The translations under genes and the position numbers were made by a program. Below are positions 26,334 to 32,000 of a stretch of 32,000 nt of DNA, piece by piece. Source of the stretch: Candidatus Heimdallarchaeota archaeon (GTDB taxonomy: Archaea > Asgardarchaeota > Heimdallarchaeia > Heimdallarchaeales > Kariarchaeaceae); assembly GCA_030149205.1 (NCBI GenBank), contig JASBSB010000008.1, positions 90,001-122,000 on the forward strand, given 5' to 3'. The first letter of the stretch is position 1, and each line of letters starts with the position of its first letter. The notes beneath the pieces are model-generated. The model was not told the DNA's origin, made no database searches, and was given only the letters and a program-made list of their open reading frames with translations.

Positions 26334-26948
26334 ATGAGTATAATGTTTTCAGATGAGATTCTTAATTTGCATCTCAAGGTACTGGCGGAGATACTCAAGG
26401 GGAAGTCATTTGAGAAAATAAAGAATCAGTATTCAGAGGAATTTAAGAGGCTAAACTATTTACAGGTAGCGACAGGACCACTTTTGACGTTTCAGAACGA
26501 GCAACTGATAGCTTCATACCCCATATCACCAAGAGAAAGCAGCTACATTGTGAATGTGGAAGGAGTTGGTAAAGGGTATGCCATGTGTGCCATCGACGCC
26601 TTAGGTGTCGCATACACATTCATGAAAAAGACCACAGTTGAAACCACCACCAAAGACACAGAAGAAGTGGTTAAAATAGAAGTCGACCCAAATGCAACAA
26701 CACATGAGGCTATGGACGTCTTTGTTACGTACACCCCGTTAGATAGCAAAATCACCAATGCTGCGGTGCAACAATGTCCAAGCATCAATTTTTACCGGGA
26801 CAGTAAAAACATCCCTGAACAGTTACAGGTATTGTCTTTCCAAGATGCATTATCTAGAGCAAAGGAGATATTTTCTCAGCAGGAAATCTTGAATTGTATC
26901 AAGGGAACTTCAACATGCACAGCAGACAATGCTTCAGATTGCTGTTAG
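26334..26948 (+). CDS. Organomercurial lyase MerB-like protein
   Basis: SYPISPRES...GYAMCAIDALG (MerB Cys96/Asp99 equivalents) and QQCPSINF (Cys159 equivalent). C-terminal CxxxxxxxCC tail. Confidence 0.75.
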   Translation: MSIMFSDEILNLHLKVLAEILKGKSFEKIKNQYSEEFKRLNYLQVATGPLLTFQNEQLIASYPISPRESSYIVNVEGVGKGYAMCAIDALGVAYTFMKKTTVETTTKDTEEVVKIEVDPNATTHEAMDVFVTYTPLDSKITNAAVQQCPSINFYRDSKNIPEQLQVLSFQDALSRAKEIFSQQEILNCIKGTSTCTADNASDCC

Positions 26949-26974
26949 GACGTTAAATCAGGGATTGTTGGCTT

Positions 26975-27453
26975 ATGATAGCAGATTTGGAGCTACTCAG
27001 TGAGTATTTGAAGTGGAGTGACACAACTCTCATAAGTTCTCTTCATGAACTGTCCGAGGAAGAGTTTGAAAAGAGATTTGAAGGGATTTCTGGAAGCATC
27101 TCTGGAAAAGCGGGTCATATAATTGGGGTCTATGAATTGTTTATTTTGACCATTGAGGGGAACTACCTGAGGGATTCCCAACCCAAAAAGGGCTGGGACA
27201 AGCAGCACTTCTCAAGTTATGGCAAGAGAAACTGATGAAACTACGCAAAGACATGAAAGAGAAAAGAAACAGGTTTTTGGAGCTGCCACTGGCAAAAAAT
27301 CATTTCGTGAATATAGAGCTGGCATATCTAGATTCAATCATACATTCCATTCATCACAAGGGACAGATCATCACAATGATAAGACTGATTGGTAAGGAGT
27401 TTTCAAGCTCTGATCTTAATTTGGACTTCTTCAAATTATTTTATAAAGAGTAA
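26975..27453 (+). pseudogene. DinB/YfiT-family protein split by a -1 frameshift
   Basis: ORF 26975-27235 gives the DinB N-half (YLKWSD...SISGKAGHII). The other frame from 27160 reads ELPEGFPTQKGLGQAALLKLWQEKL...IIHSIHHKGQIITMIRLIG (H-x3-H-x2-Q motif). One extra G in the G4 run at 27157-27160 restores a ~159-aa protein. Confidence 0.8.
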
Positions 27454-27712
27454 AAAGACCTAATCTTTGACATCTGAAATTAAATTATATGGTTTTCAAA
27501 TTATACAAGAGGCATCAAAGAGATTTAAAGAAAAATGCAAGACCACACCAACAAAAAATCTAAGACTTAAACCAGCATATAGATAGTTCCCAAAATATTA
27601 ATATAACTCTGATGAATTGTAGTAAACGGAGGAAAGATTCCAAATATTAAGCGAGAGTGAAGTTTGGTTTTTTACTTTCACAGATAAACAACTTAATAAC
27701 TTAAATTGGGCT

Positions 27713-28234
27713 ATGAATAATATCGACACAGAGTCAAGAGTGGTCGTATTTAAGATGAGTGAGGTTCTTAGGATAAATTCTAATTTAAGTGAAAAACCCG
27801 ATAACAATAAAATTGAGCTTCAAGGTAAAATTACATTAGGATTTCAGTTTTGCCGAAGCGCTATCGGTATCTTCCATCTTGAAGAAAAGAAATTTCTCTC
27901 CAGATTAGATATTTTTTTCTCAAATAAGGGAAAAGCACTAGTTAACAGACCAACACATAGAAAATGGGCAAATCCAAATTTTGAATTGCAAAGGTATGAA
28001 AGATTATCAGAGAGAAAAATTTCAGGCCCACACAAAAACATATATTTCCCTTCAAAAAATAAATCAGAGATACTAGGTTATGCCTATATCCCAAAAGATT
28101 TAGAGTTATTCTCTTTTCAGGGGGTAATCCGATCTCTAATGGAAGAATGGAACATTAAAGTCAGAAATCAAAATACTCTAGACTTTAATCCCTTCAATTT
28201 TCTGAACCTTCTCCAAGGAGAAAATTTACTATGA
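27713..28234 (+). CDS. DUF6978-like hypothetical protein
   Basis: SRLDI...PTHR...KISGPHKNIY...YAY.P...LMEEWNI resembles the RLD..H...PH.H.Y pattern of the small proteins usually found upstream of DUF1828 genes (from memory, not searched). Alternative start ATG 27755. Confidence 0.55.
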   Translation: MNNIDTESRVVVFKMSEVLRINSNLSEKPDNNKIELQGKITLGFQFCRSAIGIFHLEEKKFLSRLDIFFSNKGKALVNRPTHRKWANPNFELQRYERLSERKISGPHKNIYFPSKNKSEILGYAYIPKDLELFSFQGVIRSLMEEWNIKVRNQNTLDFNPFNFLNLLQGENLL

Positions 28235-29199
28235 TTGATGAAATTAAACAACATTTAGTTCAAGACTTTTCAAAGTCACTGGAAATTGAGCAGCTAAATG
28301 ATGGTTTTCTCGTAACAATTCCATTAGAAGATGTTTTTGGGTCATTTTTTATAGTCAAAGTTTATAAGAATAACAAAGGACAGTTCCGGATCACAGATTT
28401 AGGTGAAACCATCAGCATTTTGGATTCACATTACATAAAAAAACCAGATGATATGTATTTTAAATCTCTTAAAGAAAGATATGGTGTAGATCTAATTTCA
28501 GGAAGCTTAGTCTCAGCTTCGGAAGAAAATTTATATGAATCCATTCTCAATTTGTATTTTGCCTCATTTGAGCTTCAAAATTTGATTTTCATCAAAAATG
28601 ATGATAATTCAAAAAAAGATGAATTTTTAGAATTAACTGACAAAACGTTATTCCAAAAATTTCCTAAATACCAAAAATATAGGAATATAAAATTCCAATC
28701 TCCAGAAACGATGGTTTTTTATTCATTTCATTTCTTTGTTCAAGGCATGTTTATTGACGCATTATCCACTGATACAAATGAAGACGCTAGACAAATATTA
28801 AAATTGGAGACAGTTAAAGCCGCAGACTTAAAAATTTCAATAAATAAAGGATTTTATGCAGAATACGAAAGTGATGATAATAACAAAAATCCTAAGAAAG
28901 ACCCAGCGAAACCAATATTAAGAATCGAAACTTCCAAAATAGATAATTCAACTGTAATTACAAAATATTACTCAGATCAAAACTCTTCAATTCGTGAAAG
29001 AGATTTTTACCTTAGAGATAAACATAAACTTGTTGATTTCACTCAAACAAACCTTATTGTTATCCTTGATGACAGAAAAAATATTGATTGGGATACAGAC
29101 TTGATTAAAAAACTCAGTGAATATTCACATGTATACAAATGGAGACAAGATCAGAAAAAACTCAAAGAAAAATTGATGAATAAAAAGAGAGAAGCTTAG
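28231..29199 (+). CDS. DUF1828 N-terminal domain protein with restriction-endonuclease-like (DUF1829-like) C-terminus
   Basis: FLVTIPLEDVFGSFFIVKV...FRITDLGETI (DUF1828 pattern) and C-terminal DLK...LIVILDDR...L.EYS.V.KW. ATGA overlap with the upstream gene. Confidence 0.65.
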   Translation: MIDEIKQHLVQDFSKSLEIEQLNDGFLVTIPLEDVFGSFFIVKVYKNNKGQFRITDLGETISILDSHYIKKPDDMYFKSLKERYGVDLISGSLVSASEENLYESILNLYFASFELQNLIFIKNDDNSKKDEFLELTDKTLFQKFPKYQKYRNIKFQSPETMVFYSFHFFVQGMFIDALSTDTNEDARQILKLETVKAADLKISINKGFYAEYESDDNNKNPKKDPAKPILRIETSKIDNSTVITKYYSDQNSSIRERDFYLRDKHKLVDFTQTNLIVILDDRKNIDWDTDLIKKLSEYSHVYKWRQDQKKLKEKLMNKKREA

Positions 29200-29479
29200 A
29201 ATTCAATCTCATTTGAAAACTCTGAGGTAACAAAAGATTTCGCTTAACCCGAGTTATGCGACAAATCCAATCCAACTATTACAGGTTTTGAAACAACAGG
29301 AACAATTAAAGGAGCCTGACCTTCAAAGTCAAAGTCTATGAGATTAATAAGTAAATTAAAGGAGTTATTTCTTAGCAATCACAGAGTAAGAGGTTTTTAT
29401 AAGACAAAGAATAAAGTGAGAAAAAAATTAATCAGATGCCATAAATCTTATATTTTGTAGTTTAAATTTTTTATTAACC

Positions 29480-30337
29480 TTGAATACAATACTAAAGAAG
29501 GATAACAAAATAGATTATTGGGGGAAATCTGCACTTAGGGTATTGTTTGTAGCGATGGTACTTGTTGGTATATTATTTCACGCTTATTTACTATATGTCG
29601 GTCCAGTACTGGAAATGCTCACACGATCAATTTTTGCCTTCTTAGGAGCTGTAGCGATCATATTTTTGCTCATACTTATTTATCGCAGGTTTATTTTTCC
29701 TAAGACCTATGTCAGGAAGTACATAAGTGAAGTGTTTAATTTTTTAATGTTAATTCCCTTGTTGAACTTAGTATTGGTTGATACACAAAACACAATACTC
29801 AGCTTTCTCAATCTCCTATTTATTGATTTGATTATCTTTTTCTTCATGCTCAATGAGCAGCAATTTTTAAGATTCCAGACCATTGTGGCTCTCGAAAAAA
29901 ATAAACTGCTCCTTCAATACAAATTTAAATTATTCAAATCCTTCGACTATGATTACCAACTTGACAAACAGAGTGTGTTTTTTGGGCTCACTAAAACAAC
30001 CAAACTCTCTTGGGTAAAAGGAAAACGGGAGACATTGATCTCTCTTAGGGATGTTGAGTCACACTATCCAAATACAGAGTTAAACCTTTACCTCTATTCT
30101 TATAATTCAAAGGAAAAGGTGCTTTCAAGATATGTGCTACTATTGGATGTAAATTACATGATTGTGGAACAGTGGCTTACACAATTTGAGGAGAATCAGG
30201 TCAACATAAACTGGTATTCAGATGGCTCTAGGACTCGAAGAACAGATGAGCTTATTCAAGTCAGGGCACTCAGATTCCCCCCAAAGGCTTTAAGAGATAA
30301 TTCATTGTTAAGGCAAGCTGTGGAATCTGAATCTTAA
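29480..30337 (+). CDS. Hypothetical membrane protein (4 N-terminal TM helices + soluble C-terminal domain)
   Basis: 285-aa ORF with TTG start and four hydrophobic segments in aa ~17-125. No recognised motif. Confidence 0.65.
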   Translation: MNTILKKDNKIDYWGKSALRVLFVAMVLVGILFHAYLLYVGPVLEMLTRSIFAFLGAVAIIFLLILIYRRFIFPKTYVRKYISEVFNFLMLIPLLNLVLVDTQNTILSFLNLLFIDLIIFFFMLNEQQFLRFQTIVALEKNKLLLQYKFKLFKSFDYDYQLDKQSVFFGLTKTTKLSWVKGKRETLISLRDVESHYPNTELNLYLYSYNSKEKVLSRYVLLLDVNYMIVEQWLTQFEENQVNINWYSDGSRTRRTDELIQVRALRFPPKALRDNSLLRQAVESES

Positions 30338-30511
30338 ATTGATAGGTAAGTAAAACAAATCTACAAAGATTAGACTAACCAAATAATATAAAGCTTCAAA
30401 CTATCAATGTATTCAAGTTACAGAATAGATTCCTTTAGGCTTACAGCTAGGAAAATATACCAGACACTCTTCTGTGAAAGAACACATGAACTATTGCTGA
30501 AATCAAGTTGT

Positions 30512-30679
30512 TTATTCATTTTTCTCATTATCCCCAAACACTTCATCTTCAATTTCCTCGATGCTCATATGCTTAATCATCTTAAAATAGACTCCATATG
30601 CATCTGAAAGAGAGAAATCTGGATTTTTATTCTGGATTGCGATAAGCAGGTTTTTCATTCGATCTGCATCCTCTGACAT
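30512..30679 (-). CDS. Small acidic hypothetical protein (55 aa)
   Basis: Manual translation: MSEDADRMKNLLIAIQNKNPDFSLSDAYGVYFKMIKHMSIEEIEDEVFGDNEKNE*. Amphipathic helical pattern; below the ORF-track length cutoff. Confidence 0.5.
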   Translation of the reverse strand: MSEDADRMKNLLIAIQNKNPDFSLSDAYGVYFKMIKHMSIEEIEDEVFGDNEKNE

Positions 30680-30788
30680 TTCTATATTTTATTCAAGTTG
30701 AAACCACATAAATGAATTGCGGTCAAATTTTCCCTTGTTTACATCCTAATACAGGTATTTTGAACAATGCAGGAGAGATATTGGTGAA

Positions 30789-32000
30789 GCTTCCAGACCA
30801 TAAAGGTACTTCTTAGACGATGATTAAAACAATGAGTAATATAAGATATTTGGTTTCCAGACCATAAAGGTACTTCTTAGACCATATCAAGATATGCCCG
30901 AAACAACGGAGAAAAGCTAGTTTCCAGACCATAAAGGTACTTCTTAGACTAGTCAAGTCCCTAAAATACTAGCTCAAAATAGCTTGTTTCCAGACCATAA
31001 AGGTACTTCTTAGACACAAATCCCATATCCTTCTTAAACTGCTGTATCTCAGTTTCCAGACCATAAAGGTACTTCTTAGACTCGGTTGTTCCCAAATTTG
31101 CGTTTAGGTCAACGTAGTTTCCAGACCATAAAGGTACTTCTTAGACTAAGGGTTTACATCTTAAACTAGATCAAAAAACCCCGTTTCCAGACCATAAAGG
31201 TACTTCTTAGACGAACTGTTTTGGGTACTGCTATCTTCTGGTGGGATAAGTTTCCAGACCATAAAGGTACTTCTTAGACCGTGATACCTAGATTAGCGTT
31301 GAGATCAAGAACTATAGGTTTCCAGACCATAAAGGTACTTCTTAGACTAGTTGCCATTTTGTCTTTTTCACCTCTTTTGAACCGTTTCCAGACCATAAAG
31401 GTACTTCTTAGACGATGTTTCCTTTTTCGGTTACACCGAGATTCGCGCTGTTTCCAGACCATAAAGGTACTTCTTAGACTCTTTGTATTCTTTCGATCTG
31501 GTTAACCTTATCTACGTTTCCAGACCATAAAGGTACTTCTTAGACCGGAGGTGAAAACTGAAAAATGAGACAATATACCACGTTTCCAGACCATAAAGGT
31601 ACTTCTTAGACACAATGCTGCCAACGCAACTGTGGATATCAACTATACGTTTCCAGACCATAAAGGTACTTCTTAGACTTATGTCCTCACTATTTATCTG
31701 TTAGTTATAGATCTGTTTCCAGACCATAAAGGTACTTCTTAGACTTAGATTCTTCTGGTTAATTATTGCAACGGTGTTATTGTTTCCAGACCATAAAGGT
31801 ACTTCTTAGACTTTCTCGTGTTCTTTTTTTAGCTCTATAATCTCTTTTTTAGGTTTCCAGACCATAAAGGTACTTCTTAGACTCCAAAGTATACCCGATA
31901 TTTCTGCTCAAATCATTGTTGTTTCCAGACCATAAAGGTACTTCTTAGACTTGCAACTTGTGGAGCTTTTGGCTTGATATCTAGTGTTTCCAGACCATAA
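30789..32000 (-). CRISPR. CRISPR array, 30-bp repeat GTTTCCAGACCATAAAGGTACTTCTTAGAC (transcribed sense probably GTCTAAGAAGTACCTTTATGGTCTGGAAAC); truncated by window end
   Basis: 18 complete repeats (starts 30789, 30853, 30920, 30986, 31052, 31117, 31183, 31250, 31318, 31384, 31450, 31516, 31582, 31649, 31715, 31782, 31853, 31921) plus a partial one at 31986. 18 unique spacers of 34-41 bp. Only the leftmost repeat is mutated (GCTT..), marking the trailer end. The reverse complement ends in GAAAC, the usual 3' end. Confidence 0.98.

Noticed and set aside
15864-27208. Short ORFs at 15864, 16642, 18699, 22582, 23656, 24970, 26543 and 26993
   Set aside because: Antisense or overlapping shadows of longer supported genes.
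27598-28041. Minus-strand ORFs 27598-27807 and 27844-28041
   Set aside because: Overlap the DUF6978-like gene on the opposite strand; no motifs.
29871-29892. 11-nt exact match TTCCAGACCAT to the CRISPR repeat inside the membrane-protein gene (possible anti-repeat/tracrRNA)
   Set aside because: Lies within a coding frame (F-Q-T-I), the match does not extend cleanly, and an 11-mer hit is plausible by chance in 32 kb. The repeat type does not suggest a tracrRNA system.
30407-30607. 66-aa plus-strand ORF
   Set aside because: Overlaps the more protein-like minus-strand 55-aa ORF; composition looks like an antisense read.
30697-30726. Possible further degenerate CRISPR repeat (gttgaaaccacataaatg...)
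   Set aside because: Only ~15/30 identity and 92 bp from the first repeat, off the ~66-bp period.
31274-31505. ORFs 31274-31462 (-) and 31281-31505 (+)
   Set aside because: Artefacts of reading through repeats and spacers (recurring FQTIKVLLR).
1-32000. rRNA, tRNA, transposase, integrase and cas genes
   Set aside because: None recognised by eye. No GC-rich structured RNA-like segment or cas/transposase motif was seen, though a covariance-model scan was not possible.

Overview
AT-rich archaeal DNA. The domain call rests on a class III (archaeal pilin) signal peptide, GGTGA/GAGGTGA Shine-Dalgarno motifs and TTTAAA TATA boxes. The protein repertoire (WD40 propellers, Ig-like surface glycoproteins, divergent wHTH regulator) suggests an Asgard/Heimdallarchaeia-like host, but that is an inference. 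Left to right: (1) the 5' part of hutI (minus strand, missed by the ORF track); (2) a hypothetical protein, WD40 protein and class III CoA-transferase cluster; (3) an orphan ParA/MinD-type ATPase; (4) a ~9.8 kb, translationally coupled 8-gene heme operon, hemH-hemA-hemC/D(fusion)-hemB-hemL-hemE-hemN-hemY. This is the protoporphyrin-dependent route rather than the siroheme/Ahb route typical of archaea, and a perfect 14-bp palindrome lies upstream of it; (5) a membrane-anchored WD40 protein and a class I/II aminotransferase; (6) a 3-gene surface operon whose centre is a 1011-aa archaeal type IV pilin carrying ~10 tandem ~82-aa beta-sandwich repeats, flanked by two anchored Ig-like proteins; (7) a peroxiredoxin + VIT1/CCC1 operon; (8) a wHTH regulator divergent from a MerB-like lyase with a 9-4-9 inverted repeat, followed by a frameshifted DinB-family gene; (9) a DUF6978-like/DUF1828-like gene pair, a 4-TM protein and a 55-aa small ORF; (10) the trailer end of a CRISPR array (30-bp repeat, 18 full repeats + 1 partial, 18 spacers of 34-41 bp) running off the window, with no cas genes in view. 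All family assignments come from motifs recognised by eye; no database searches were run.
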